A stretch of DNA of 64,000 nt, taken from NCBI RefSeq assembly GCF_009914755.1, contig NC_060939.1; one strand, 5' to 3'. Of the stretch, positions 47,426-63,238 are shown one piece after another. Under the pieces are notes generated by a model that was given only the letters and a program-made list of their open reading frames with translations, ran no database searches and was not told where the DNA came from. Origin of the DNA: the human T2T-CHM13v2.0 reference genome, Homo sapiens. Each line of letters opens with the position of its first letter. Position 1 is the first letter of the stretch. Both the position numbers and the translations under genes were made by a program.

Positions 47426-48342
47426 GTTGGTTTTTCTGAATCATTGAGCCAAAAACAAACACACGCACAGTTTGGCTTACTCCTAGTGGAATCGCATTCC
47501 ACTTTGGTTATGGTGCATTTCCTTCTCTATCTTTGGCACATCAGGTCAAACTCCTGTGTTCCCAGAGAATGAGGAATGAAGTGCATGAAGTGTCACTCTG
47601 CAGTGCACGGTTAACTTGGCTGAGCAACACCAGATGAGAATAAGGCAGGAAACCTGTATCTGATTTCTGGAGACAAAAGTACATTTAACTCCTCTTGTTT
47701 CTCCTGCATTATTACTGGTCACTCTTAGGACAGCCAAGGATTTTCACCTTTCCAATCATGGAGGTGTTTAGATAAAATCAGATGCAAATTAATGTGGAGC
47801 TGATCTAGTTGAAGAGGAGGTGAGGGGTTCGGAGCCCCTTCCCCCAACCCCTTTCATCCCCAACCAGATGGTTTCCCACAGAACCCCCAGGTCAGCACAA
47901 GGAAGTTTGGAAGTCCTTCTAACAGACCATGGAATTAACTTCCAACCATAGCACAGTCCTCCAGCCTCATGACACAGCTTCCTTCCTGTGTAAACTCCCT
48001 GAGGGCAGGCCCTGTGTCTGCCTGTTCACCCCCAGCACCTACCATGGTGCCTGGTGTCATTTTTTGCATGAATGAATGAGGAAGGGATGGAAGTTGTCTA
48101 ACTGCAGTAGAAAGACAGCAGGTGGAATGAGGAGAACCAGGCTCACCTCTCCCACTGAGCAGCAGTGGTATCAAGACAGATAACCATTCTGGACCTCAGT
48201 CCTTTTGCCCTTGAGATGTGGGTCACGATGATTCTCAGGGTCCTTCCATCTCTACTATTCCATGTCTTAAGATCCATATCACTTTATGCCATCTTCATGT
48301 TATTAAGATGATACTTCTGGGAGGGCTAAAGAATTTTTAATG

Positions 48343-48709
<367 letters not shown>

Positions 48710-49192
48710 TTAACATTAGAATCTCCCTGTAACTAAAGTGTGATTTTTTTTTTCCTTTCTTGTTGCCGTGAGACCCTGAAATAAAATATGAAGTTCTATT
48801 AAAAAGAACTTCAGAAACTGAATTAAGTAGCAACTGAGTTAGTAAATGAGAAATTGAGAGACCTAAACAGCAGAAAATCGTTGAGATTTCTTTCTAATTT
48901 CCACTGCCTTTCTTAGCTAGGGCTGTATTTTAACATTAGAACATTATTCTGTGTATTGTGTTTCATGTGGCAACATTGAAATTCCATATTTTGTTATCTA
49001 GGTCTATACTTTTCCCTTTTATGCCTCAAACAAGATACCCCGGCCAGGACTAAGTTGGGGAGTTTGAGGGGCCAAGATGAGGAACACGAGATCAGGATCA
49101 TGCAGAAATCTAAAGGAAACACCAGCTCTCCGACATTGCAACCTGGGCCAGAAACCACCAGTGACCTCTGCTAACTTTGTCCTTTCTTCCAG

Positions 49193-49290
49193 GTGGAAAG
49201 GGGAAAATGTGGCCACCACTGAAGTTGCTGATACAGTTGGACTGGTTGATTTTGTCCAAGAAGTAAATGTTTATGGAGTGCATGTGCCAG
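49193..49290 (+). CDS. SLC27A2: SLC27A2 exon 8
   Basis: ttccag|GTGGAAAG; [13 protein letters not shown]...YGVHVP; donor CAG|gtatat. Confidence 0.96.
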
Positions 49291-50201
49291 GTATATACAA
49301 GATATGATCTGTACCTAAACCCATAGAGTAACTGAACATAATTTTGGCCTCAAGGCGAAGTTTGTCATTGCTTTCTCCCGCCATCCAGAGTTAAACAGTT
49401 CTTTCAGCTGCCAGGGAGTAAGGAGCTTATGTCTGGCTTATGTTCCACTATAAAAGCCAACTCAGTGCATCTGAACATGGCCTTCTCTTCATTTCAGCTC
49501 CCAGCCATTCTTGGGCTCTCAGGCAAACAAAGTCTCAAATATGGGAGCTCCATGCCACATTTGGCACACCTCGAGAAAAGTCGTGTCATGCTTAAGAGCT
49601 GGGAAATGATGTCCTAGCCTCTGAACTAGGAGGCAAAAAGAAGAGCCAGTGCAGTTGCTAGAAGAAAAAGCTGGGGAAAAGTGGATTTTGTACAGCCTCT
49701 TCTTTTTAAGATTTCTAAGCCCAGTTCACCACACTAAGTTTCAGAATCATCACACAAGAACGTTGTCACCGCAGCTTCATCTGCAGATCCACTTCTGCCA
49801 GCAGAGTCAGGAGGGCCAGTGTCTGACCTTGAATCCTGGCTTCAACATCTGCTGGCTGTTTGACTGCAGGCAAATCACTAAAATTAAGGATAATGCCAGC
49901 CCTGCAGTTAAGCTTGTCAAGAGAACAAATTCATTTTAATTACATCAACGCTAAGCATATATTTATCAAATATATATATAAGGGTTGTTGTGACAATAAA
50001 TCACATTAATAATAGACATCAGAGAGGATTCCAGCCTCAAAATTACTGTCCAAATATAAGGCATTAGGGGTATTATTATTCCCCCACAACTCATATTTGG
50101 GATTCCCACCCATATTCAAAGTAGAAATCTAAAAGTCCCTTTTTCCCAAGCTCTGACACTTCTACATGGCCCTGTGCTTGTTATTTTTTAAAGAATATTC
50201 A

Positions 50202-50943
<742 letters not shown>

Positions 50944-51390
50944 TTATGCTGAGTTAACACAAGGGTCTAAGTTGTGGTTGTCAGCCATTGTGCCACCCTA
51001 CGCTCTTGCAGACCCTTCCTCAAATGTTGTGTAAACATCTAAATGCTTGATTTTAAAAAGAAGAATCATACAAAAGAGTATGTGTGAGGTGAGAGAATCT
51101 AGAAGATGAAACAGAAGGATCTAGCCTAGTGTTCCTCAAAGTGGGTCCCCAGATCAGCAGTGTCAGCATCACCCAGGAGTCTGTTACAAGTGTAATTTCT
51201 CAGGCCCACCCCGAACTACCAAGTCAAAATCTCTGGGGTGGGGCCAGGAAACTGTGCTGGCACAAACACCCCAGAGATTCTTAAAAACATTGGAAGTCTG
51301 ATTTAGGGGGTGATGAAAATGCACTAGAACTAGATCCTGGTAATGATAGTACAACATTGTAAGTGTGTAAAATACCACTGAATTGTACAC

Positions 51391-51699
<309 letters not shown>

Positions 51700-52509
51700 A
51701 ATTGTACACTTTAAAAATGAGTTGGAATGATAAATTTTATGTTATGTGTTTATCACAATTTAAAAAAAAACACACACACTGAAGTCTGAGAAGCACTAAA
51801 GCCCAGTGGTTCCAAAAATTTGGCCAATCATCAGAACCATCTGGGAAACTTTTTAAAGCCTGGATCTAATGGACCAGAAGCTCTGGAGTATGGGACTCAG
51901 AATCTGCATGTCTTTTTTTTAATTCCCAAGTGAATCTAATGATCAGTGAGTTCTGGGAGCCACTGAAACAGAACAAAGGGAAGGAGATTGACAGTCTTAC
52001 AGTGTTGGCAGACAGTCAGATAGGATGAGGAGCAGGTGTGTTCTGTGCTGCTCCAGTGATCAGAACTAAAACCAATGGATTAAAATGACCAGGGAGCCAG
52101 TTTTAGCCTGAGAACTCCCCTGTAACCAAAGGAACCATCAATAGAATGGGCTTGTCTCCCAGGATAGGAAATGCCCCCACCAACTAGGGCATGTAAAGAG
52201 AGGCTGGATGTCCACCTGGGATCCTGGGAGAACTCTTGCAGCAGTGAAAGATTAGAGATAAATTCTAAAGTCCCTCCCAACTTTCAGATTCTGTGATTCC
52301 CAGTGCCACAACTGCTGCTGTCTGGCCCCCCATCCACAGAGGCCAGTCCCATTCCAGACTAGAAATGCAGCAGTACTGTCTGAAGTAAGGCATCATTCCA
52401 CTATGGGTGATTCTGCACAAGGCAATCACACACCTCAGCTTTGGAACAGGAGAGAATTTCCAGGTTTGGGCCTGGAGAGGAGTTCACTTTTTCTAGGTGT
52501 CACACCTGA

Positions 52510-52725
52510 ACTGCCCAACTACTCTGTAGAACTTTCTGCAATGATGGAAATGTTCCATATCTGCACTGTCCAGTATGATAGCCAATAGCCACCATGTCAC
52601 TATGGAACACTTGAAATGTGGCTAGTGCAACTAAGGAACTGAATTTTTCATAATATTTAATTATAATTTATTTTAGTTTTAATAGCCACAAATAACCAGT
52701 GGGTGTCATATTAGACAGTGCAGCT
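52510..52725. mobile_element. hAT MITE MER3-like (opposite orientation)
   Basis: tagaactttctgcaatgatggaaatgttc...aatagccacaaat...ttagacagtgcag. Confidence 0.7.
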
Positions 52726-54116
52726 CTAGAGAACCCTTGGCCAAAATTGACCTTTACAATTAGCCCAGAGCTCCTATAGGCTGGAACCATTCCCCCTGAA
52801 GCTGAACTAGTCCCAAACCACCCTCCGAGAGTTGGGGCAGAGGCCTGAGACCTGACAGGCCCATTTGCCCGTAGGTCCAGCGTCGCTACTACCAGAGCAA
52901 GAAGCAAGGAGACGGTGAATGTGGAGGATTTCTGTTGCATGAGCCTTAATTCTAAAAGGAGCTTATTGGAGACACTTGAGATTTCTAAGACAGGTGCTAG
53001 GGACCCTAAACTAAGAGGATCTGGTGCCACTGCCTCTCTCCCTCAGACAAGAAGCAAACCAAATGAGGGGGCATCTTTTTTTCCTTTTGCTGTTTGCCTT
53101 CTTTAGAGCTATAGGTAAACACACAATCACCATAGGAGAGATTTCGAAAGCTGGGGCCCAGGTAACCAAGGGAGGCTCCTGTCTCCTCTCTGATTACAGC
53201 TGAGTAGTTTAGGGAAGTGGAACTGGACTCCCGCTGGGTCTGCTGGATCAGGTAGAAGATACATTAATACCTAATTACCACTGTCCTCACAAGAAGGCAG
53301 TGGTAATTGTTGGAAACTTCTCTGGGCTAAATTCCCTGATGTAGGATCTGTTCTCTCTGTGGAGAGCACATCCTCTTGGGACTAATGGGCCTTAATGGGA
53401 GGGCACAAAACAGCTCCTCCCTGTGCCTGCCTTCACCTCCTGTCCCACATCCTCTCCAAAATGCAGACAAGAAAAGCCATTAGAACCTTGATTAGATAAG
53501 TAGGTCTCCAAGGTGGTATTTGTGCCCAGAAGTGCAACAAACCTGACATTGCAACCTGAAGAACAACCCAAGCTCAGTAAGTCATGCATGGAGGTGGAGC
53601 AAGGACTTTCACTGGAGTCTAAAGTAACTTCCTGTAGCCACCAGTCCAACCTACTCCCTACTAAGATGTGTTTGTATAGGCTGCTAGAAAGAAGGATGAT
53701 GGTTATAAGCACAGGATCTGGAGCCAGGCTGCCTGAATTCAATTCTGTACCCTGCCTAGTATTTGCTGTCTGACCTTGAATAAGTCTCTTAATGTCTTTA
53801 AGCCTCAGTTTCTTCATCTGTAAAATGGAAATAATATCTACATCTCTTCAGAAGGTTGTTGTGAGGATTAAGTGAGATCATCAATACAACACACTTAGTA
53901 TAGGGCCTGGAATATAATAAAGATTCAACCAACTGTTATTATTGCTATTAGTATTAGTACAATCACTTTACAGTATCTTCATGTATTTTTAATAAAAATT
54001 CCAGCTATCCAAATGAAACCCATGCTATAAATGTTGTCTGAGCCCACAGTTCTTTGAACTAATAAAGCATCATAAATAGCCTTAACACTTCTAATTTTTT
54101 CTCACTTTATTTCTAG

Positions 54117-54247
54117 ATCATGAGGGTCGCATTGGCATGGCCTCCATCAAAATGAAAGAAAACCATGAATTTGATGGAAAGAAACTCTTTCAGCACATTG
54201 CTGATTACCTACCTAGTTATGCAAGGCCCCGGTTTCTAAGAATACAG
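54117..54247 (+). CDS. SLC27A2: SLC27A2 exon 9
   Basis: ttctag|ATCATG; [12 protein letters not shown]...[13 protein letters not shown]; donor CAG|gtgaga. Confidence 0.96.
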
Positions 54248-54412
54248 GTGAGATCTCTTATTATCCAGTTCAATGATCTGTCCTCTTGGAGATTCCTACC
54301 ACTTAGGGAACAACTCGCCTTCTCCCAGGATGACTACATTTGCCAAGTTTTCACCGCACTTTCCAGGAAGCTCAGAAAAGTGTCATAGACCAATAAGGAA
54401 GTGGTAATATCA

Positions 54413-55015
<603 letters not shown>

Positions 55016-55836
55016 TATATCAGAAAACAGCTAGAAGAAATCCAATCCTAATCCCTTTCTCCTTACAATGACAGGCCAGTTCATTCAGCAAGAGACTTAG
55101 CACATAACTCACAAAGTCTGTTTGGTGAGTCCTGACAGATAGCGCAAATAGAAATGCTCTGACCCTGTTTGTTGTTTCCAGTTTTAAAGAACACAGAAAT
55201 CCACAGAAGTTCTACACCTTTCTGTGGTGTGAAATTTAATTGGACATTAGCCACTGGAATTGCCTAAGACTTAACTATCACCGCTAGGAGGATTTTTTTT
55301 CTTCCTCCAACATTAACCCTTTGGTTGGTTTAATACTCTCACTTTTAGACTTTGAGCTCTGTGATTCTGTAGCTGAAGACTTGACAAAGGAGGTCTTAAG
55401 ATTCCAGATATTGTGTGTATAGGATTATTCCTGTTGATGTTCATAGGGCACCAACATTTGCTTTGCAACCAGATGGTAAAGTGGCATGAAAATGAAATAT
55501 CCTCAGATATTTTGATTAACACATAATTGAAGGAAAAATCAGTCTTCAATCTAATCTAATAGACAAGCAGACTGAGAAAACAGAGTTGTCTGTAAATGAT
55601 CCCTCCTTCTAATCCCACCATGAATCAGGATATCCTAGCGGTACCTGAAGCCTTACCAAGAAATAGGCACCACCCCTCTGCTCAGAAATCTATGCACAGG
55701 TATCTCATCCTTGGCAGGTCCTCCCTCCCCACAGGTGATCCTAAAGCTTTAAGGGAATAAAAAATACCTCACAAAGGGCTCCCTAATGGAGATCCTGCAA
55801 ACAGAATGTATGGGTATCATATAAAACTTTCACTTC

Positions 55837-56028
55837 GCTAGAAAATGTAAAGAGTGGATGTTACTTGCCCCTACCACAAAAATGATATCTATATGAAGTA
55901 ATCCATTTGCTAACTAGCCAAACTATTCCACGATGTATATGTACTTCAGCACATCATATTGTACATGAGAAAAACACACAATGTTATCTGTCCATTTAAA
56001 AATAAATTAAAATGGAAAACTTTATTTT
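55837..56028 (+). mobile_element. 5'-truncated L1MA 3' end
   Basis: L1MA-type 3'UTR (accacaaaaatgat...catcatattgtacat), A-rich tail, TSD aactttcacttc (55825-55836, 56029-56040). Confidence 0.65.
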
Positions 56029-56167
56029 AACTTTCACTTCCCAGCTCTCACATGAGCCAGGGATGCTAATGATTTGCTAGATCCCCATGCCCCACCCCTA
56101 CCCCTTGCTCTGCATCCTAATCTATTGCAAAATGCAACCAAAATGTGGATTATTTGATGTTTTTCAG

Positions 56168-56344
56168 GACACCATTGAGATCACTGGAACTTTTAAACAC
56201 CGCAAAATGACCCTGGTGGAGGAGGGCTTTAACCCTGCTGTCATCAAAGATGCCTTGTATTTCTTGGATGACACAGCAAAAATGTATGTGCCTATGACTG
56301 AGGACATCTATAATGCCATAAGTGCTAAAACCCTGAAACTCTGA
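56168..56344 (+). CDS. SLC27A2: SLC27A2 exon 10 coding part
   Basis: tttcag|GACACC; [13 protein letters not shown]...AISAKTLKL*; TGA 56342-56344. Confidence 0.97.
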   Translation, partial: DTIEITGTFKHRKMTLVEEGFNPAVIKDALYFLDDTAKMYVPMTEDIYNAISAKTLKL

Positions 56345-56610
56345 ATATTCCCAGGAGGATAACTCAACATTTCCAGAAAGAAACTGAATGGACAGCCACT
56401 TGATATAATCCAACTTTAATTTGATTGAAGATTGTGAGGAAATTTTGTAGGAAATTTGCATACCCGTAAAGGGAGACTTTTTTAAATAACAGTTGAGTCT
56501 TTGCAAGTAAAAAGATTTAGAGATTATTATTTTTCAGTGTGCACCTACTGTTTGTATTTGCAAACTGAGCTTGTTGGAGGGAAGGCATTATTTTTTAAAA
56601 TACTTAGTAA

Positions 56611-56616
56611 ATTAAA
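56611..56616 (+). terminator. SLC27A2: SLC27A2 poly(A) signal ATTAAA
   Basis: ATTAAA ~265 nt after the stop, followed by CA dinucleotides and a GU/U-rich element (ctgtctctgtgttctttcc). Confidence 0.7.
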
Positions 56617-56999
56617 TGAACACCAACATGTGAGATGGCACTGTCTCTGTGTTCTTTCCTCACTTTACTCTAAATACAAAGCCTGTGTCAATTACTCCAA
56701 AGCCTGAAGTCCTCACTGGTAACTTTTCATAGGTGTCCCATTCGTAAGAGTAAAGACGTTCTAGGTAAAAATGGCTGGGAACGGGGGGTGGGGTGAGGGA
56801 TGGTAGGGTGAGGCGGCTAGATCAGCAGTGGCCAACACAATGGAAATCTACTCCAATGTGAGGAGGCCAACTTTCCCTACCCGGAGGCATCCTGTCCACT
56901 GTGTATAGGTAGCATTATCCAACAGGTAATAATGCCATCTATAGTCCTTACAGGAGCCTAATTCTATGGCATCAGAGTTCTGTACACAAAAGGTGTTCA

Positions 57000-57312
<313 letters not shown>

Positions 57313-59286
57313 TCAATACATTTTAGCTACTTTAGGGGTTGCAAACTCAAGTGTCTTCAGAATTCACATAGGTAATGTGGATGAGAAAAGCAGGTCACAA
57401 ATGAATGTGGTAAACTTGGGGACGGCCACTAAGCTTCAGTCAGCTAAATACAGGCCAAGTATTGCTGGAATTTTTTAATTATTCAGAAAACAGAAATCCA
57501 TCAGAACTTATTAACATTAGTGTCACTAAAGTTGATCTACAACCACCCCCCCCGCCCACATACACACTCTCACAACTACGAAGTTTGACTGGCTTTTTAA
57601 AAAGAAAACAAATCCAGATATGTATGTGAATCTCCCAATTTTTGAAATCTGAAGTCTCAAAATTTTTAAAACTTCTATGCATCCCAAACAAAATGTGTGT
57701 CTGGGCCAGATAAATCCCAGCTGTCCAGTTAGCACCCGAGTCCCACTTACATGTGCCCCTACTCCTCAGATGGCAACTGGTTTCACTCCAAAGCCAGTCT
57801 CCTGCCCACGGACCCTTTTCAAAGACCGGAGGACCTTTAGGGTGGCACGGGAGGCTTTGGGAAATTCTGAGGAGCTCTTTCACATAAGCCCTTTCTCCTT
57901 AGACCCAGCTGCCTCCCTTCCTGGGTTTAATTGCTTTACCTCTGCATGTATGAGCTGCAACAGAATTCCAGGAGCAGGTCATGGGTGAAAGCATTCAAGA
58001 CGACATGTACCTTACCTAGAGCTTGTCCTAGGCATGGGAGCATCATGGTCATTGAGTTCACATCCAGAAAGCATGGCCCAAGTTTACCACAGCCTCTCTA
58101 GAAGTTTCTGTCATGGAGTTTCCTTCCCTAGAGGACATCTTCAGATGACCAGGAGCTGGTAATGTGTGCTAATTCTCCCCCAGTTTAGTCCCCATAAAGC
58201 CCCAGGCAAACACTTCTAGGACTTCTCAATGATACATGATGAGAGGTGTTGCCACCCCCAGCCCCAACAGAGTACTAGAAATATTTTTTTTAACTCTCTC
58301 CACTCTTTTGGGTGACTTTAAGAAGAATCATGACCAAAATCCTTGCCCCCACTCATTATACCTAACAATAAACATTTCCTGAGTGCTTAATATACACTGA
58401 GGACTTGAGGAGGGTCTAAAGAAAACTCTAGATAGGCTGCACCTTTGTGAATTTTGCCAGTAATTAGAATGATTATTGTTTGTGGGTCAGCACTTGCGAA
58501 TTTTTGCAAAATTCTCTCTGCCTTTGAGTTACAGGAGAATGTGAACCTAAGTAGTGGGAGATAGGACAGCCTTTGAGTATCACATTGTGCAATTGTGTTA
58601 CCTGGAATCTTGTCAAAGGAGAAGGTTGTCAGCAGGGGTCATGTTAGAGCAGTGGCTGCATTCTGTGTCACAAGGGGTATCTTTTTGGGTAAGAGGTCAG
58701 CATTTACACTGTTGGCCAGAATATTCGTGTTATATTAACCAGAACCTGGTTGCCCTGATCTCATTTGACCCATGTTTTAGACCTTCCAGTCAGAAACTCA
58801 GAGACCCAGGTCCTCGCATCCACACCCTGCCCAGCTCTGCCTCCCAGCCTGATGGTTTCCTCAGTCTTCCACTTCCCCACACCTCCCTGAATCTGGCCAG
58901 GTAACACAGCTCCATTGAGATAAATAGAGACACCCCCACAATGTCCTCAGCCCCTAGGTTTGCATGTATGTAAACAATTTTAAGCCATCACCTGTGAGAG
59001 ATAATACCTTAAAGACTGATTTTTCTCTTTGAAAAGGGTAAGAAATTGTGCCCAAGAAATATCTGCACAAGTCATTCTCATTTGAAAATATAAGTGAATT
59101 TAAAAAAATAAGCTGATATCCATGTAAATTATCCAACAGGGCTTTGATTTCAAATGTATTGTTTGGAAACCTGTAATCAGTGCATAGATGGGATGCTATA
59201 GGCACCAAAATAATTTGGGGATAAAAGTAGGAAATGTCAGCCTCTGAAATGGATGCTAATGAGAATCAGTATTAAAATGGGTAAAG

Positions 59287-59423
59287 TTAGCCAGGCATGG
59301 TGGGGTGTGCCTATAATCCCAGCTACTCGGGAGACTGAGGCAGGAGGATCACTTGAGCCCAGGAGTTTGAGTCCAGCCTGGGCAACATGGTGAGATCGCA
59401 TCTCCAAAAAAAAAAAAAAAAAA
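59287..59423 (+). mobile_element. Alu monomer (FLAM_A/FAM-like)
   Basis: Single ~120-bp monomer with A-tail. Confidence 0.75.
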
Positions 59424-60065
59424 GATAGGTTTAACTAACTGCAGTGACTCAACCTAAGAGATAATTTGCTAAATGTGTCGTTCATTCATACATCCACCCT
59501 ACAAGCACTTAGTGGGTGCCTGCTACGCACCAAGAAATGTTCTCAGCACAAGAGTGCTGAGTCCCATCCCCCCAAACTAGAATTGGAGTTTGCATTTCTA
59601 ACAAATGCCCAGGTGAGGCTAATGCTGTGGGACGGGGGCCACATTTGGGGAATCACTGACATCCTGAGTTATACAACATGTGCACTTACTTAGTGGGTAA
59701 CTCAGTTCCTCAGAGCCAGGTCATCCCTTACTAACTGAGGCTCAGCTCTTAGCTCAAGTGGCTCAAAGTGCAGTCCCCAGGAAAGGCCCAGCATCAAGAA
59801 GCACCTTGTCATCACACAAGCCTGCAATTGCTCTTGGAAATTTACATCAATTAGAGCTTATATCTGCTTGCTAGATACATACACATATATTGTGATTTGC
59901 TATAGCAAACGAAAAGCAATCCTAGAGAGTAGCTAGTCAAACCTCTTTACTTGATAAATGAAAAAACTGAGGCCTGAGGTTAAGTGACATGACTGAAGTC
60001 ACACAGCTAATTGGCATCACTAAGCTCTCACCTAGTACTTGCAGGAAGAGAGTACCATCATAGAC

Positions 60066-60565
60066 CAGTAGTTCTGAGTGTGGTCCCTGAGCCAGCAGCA
60101 TCAGCAGCACCTGGGAACTTGCTGGACCAACAAATTCTTGGACCCTGAAAAATTCTAGACCTACTGAATCAGAAACACAGAGGGTAGGCCCAGACATCTG
60201 TGTTTTGACAAGCCAAAGCCCTCCTGGTGTTACTGATGTGGACTCAGTTTGACAATCACTGGCTTAAAGCAGTGCACAAGCTTTACTGTGCATGAGAATC
60301 ACTTGGGGACACCAGTGCTTTGAGTGCTTGGAGTGCAGTGAGTGCTTGGGGCACACACACTGCTTTGAGTAGCATGTCAATCTAAAGCAGTGGTTCCCAG
60401 ATGTCCCTGCACATTAGAATCATCTGGGGAGCCGTCAAAAATCCCAAAGCCCAGGCCCATGCCATACCAATTAGATCAAGGATTCTGGGAGTGAGAACCA
60501 AGCATCAGTATTTTTTTAAGGACCTCCAAGTGATTCCAGTATGCAGCAAAGCTCAGGGATCACTA
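60066..60565. mobile_element. Cluster of MER5A-like hAT MITEs
   Basis: cagcagcatcagcagcacctgggaacttgct...tactgaatcagaaac; second copy cagtggttccc...cattagaatcatctggg. Confidence 0.65.
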
Positions 60566-60596
60566 GTAGAGAACAAGTGGCTAGTTTTCAGCTTTT

Positions 60597-61160
<564 letters not shown>

Positions 61161-61171
61161 GCTTTAAACTC

Positions 61172-61710
61172 TTAACAAAGATTCTTTTCTCGACCAAACT
61201 CTAGCTAAGCTCCTCCGAGCCCCCTTCTCAACTAGGCCTCAACCTTTGCCTATAAAGACTTGAACAAACACTAACACAGTTTCTCACAGCTCAAGGCCAC
61301 ATCCCTAAGTTGATCCTAGCTCACCTTAAAGTGCCTGCTTAAGAAAACTCAAAGCTGCCGAAAGAATTAACTGTTTGTTCCAGCGAACCCCTGAACACAG
61401 GGCCCTGACTCCCAGTCTCTGTGGGAGGGTAAGAGTCTTACTTCAAAAAGCACCAGTTAGCAAACCCAGAGGGGTTTCACATCAACCACTTTCCGCTTTT
61501 TGTAATTTTTCACATTCCTGACTCTTCTAAGTCTAGGCTGGCCTTCTCCCTATTCTCCCATTCACGCTGTGAAATGCCTAGTCACCTTTGCACAAATCCA
61601 AGTTGAGTTCAGTTCACATGGGACCCTTTTCCCTATTGTGATAGTATATTACTGTTTAACATCTATCCTTAAAGTTCTAACTAATGCCCAGCTTTGTTTG
61701 TCTTTAATAC
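61172..61710 (+). mobile_element. ERV1 solo LTR (MER67-like)
   Basis: gaccaaactctagc...ctataaagacttgaacaaacactaac...gaaaactcaaagctgcc. Confidence 0.6.
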
Positions 61711-62201
61711 TCTTTACATAACCCATTTCAGAGTCACAACCTATCAAAGTACCATCTGAAATGGAAATAAAATTATGTGTTTGGCCTCTGAACTAATTAT
61801 GGGCAAGCCACTTGTGAGCATAGCTTTTATTTGACTACCGGGTCCAGGAAAATAAGGGGAAAATGCACAAGTTCCAAACCTAGAAAGGAAACATTTAAAT
61901 GTACTGGAGGACCAGAGCAGCCTGCTGGGCTGTGAGCTCCTGTTCAGGTCCAACCTTGAGCAGTACTGCATGGTGGAAACAGCCTGGGCTTCACTGGAAG
62001 CCAGGAGACCTGGGTTTGCCTATTTAAAGCTGTGTGACCTAAACGTTGGTTTCCTCATTTATGAACCATGAGCCACAGTGCCTGACTCATAATTGATGCT
62101 TCAAAAAAAGTACATATGTTTAAGCTCCCAGACTGGTTAATCAATGTTTCAGCAGCCAATTAAGTGACACAGGGTATGTTTTGTTTCAGGGACAAGCATA
62201 A

Positions 62202-62207
62202 TTTATT
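62202..62207 (-). terminator. HDC: HDC poly(A) signal AATAAA
   Basis: tttatt on + strand, ~285 nt downstream of the HDC stop. Confidence 0.75.
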
Positions 62208-62329
62208 TCTGTGTTATATATCATGTCACAAGCTGAACCACAGAAGCTGCCTGTCTACCCTCGGCCCTTTCTCACTGACCAGACTGCTGAACCCATCTGG
62301 ATCATGCTGGCTTAAACTCTTCGTTTGTA

Positions 62330-62488
62330 TCCTATTGTGGGTCATGAACCCCTATGAGAATTTGATTAAAATTATGAACTCGCCCCAAGAAAAATGCATG
62401 TACACATAAGCACACAAAGTTGGCATACAATTGTGAGGGGTTCACAGAGTCCCTGAAGTATATCCTCAGACTCTGGCTGAAGGCCCTG
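62330..62488 (-). mobile_element. hAT MITE (Charlie4z-like) within the HDC 3'UTR
   Basis: Minus strand cagggcc...cttcagggactctgtgaacccctcacaattgtatgc...catttttcttgggg...atcaaattctcataggggttcatgacccac. Confidence 0.55.
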
Positions 62489-62491
62489 TGT

Positions 62492-63238
62492 CTAAACCAT
62501 GGCCTGCAGAGGGCAACAGGGCAGCTGGAGTCCACATTGAGAGCTGCATTCAGGAAAGCTGGGGACGCTGTAGAATTTGATGAGTTTTTTGAAGGCACTT
62601 TTCTTCAGCATCATCATGTCTTCTGGAAACCTGGAAAAGATTCTGACCCTGGAGGAGCCCCCATTCTTCACAGAGGCCTCTGTGGGCAGTGGCTTCTGAG
62701 CACTCACTGGCACACTGTTGCAACTGAGGGAGCGCACCGTCTTCTTCTTAGTCTGCACAGACAAGTAACTGAACAGGAAGGAGGACAGCTTGTGCTTGGT
62801 GGCATCTGGGGCCTCTTCTGAAAAGCAGTCATCAACTGGGTCCAGCAGGGTTTCAAGATGGAGGCCATTTTCCCTTTTCATGGGACCGGCTCCCACACGC
62901 TGAGGCTGCTTGATGATCTTCCTGGCCTGGACTGGATCATCTCCTGCCCCACTGACAGACTGAAGGGACGTTCCACAGGCCCAGGCTCTGGCACCCCTGA
63001 TTTGGGAGATGAGGTTCCCAACCCGAGGGCTGGGTTGGGAAGTACAGTGCTGACTCAGGATGAGAGTGGCAGCATCTCGAATGAGATTCCAGTCTCTCAG
63101 GATGTCATCCCTAGTGGTAAACTGGGATGTCACAGTGAAACGGATGATTAACTTGTCCTGGATAGTGGCCGGGATGAGGAAGAGACGGCCAGCTTTAGCT
63201 ATTTCCTTTAACACATTTTCTGTGAGACAATTAGGACC
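62492..63238 (-). CDS. HDC: Histidine decarboxylase, last coding exon (end of catalytic domain plus C-terminal pro-extension)
   Basis: Minus-strand acceptor tttatttttcaaacag|GGTCCT; [24 protein letters not shown]...[11 protein letters not shown]...[10 protein letters not shown]; 747 nt; upstream exons lie beyond the window. Confidence 0.96.
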   Translation of the reverse strand, partial: GPNCLTENVLKEIAKAGRLFLIPATIQDKLIIRFTVTSQFTTRDDILRDWNLIRDAATLILSQHCTSQPSPRVGNLISQIRGARAWACGTSLQSVSGAGDDPVQARKIIKQPQRVGAGPMKRENGLHLETLLDPVDDCFSEEAPDATKHKLSSFLFSYLSVQTKKKTVRSLSCNSVPVSAQKPLPTEASVKNGGSSRVRIFSRFPEDMMMLKKSAFKKLIKFYSVPSFPECSSQCGLQLPCCPLQAMV

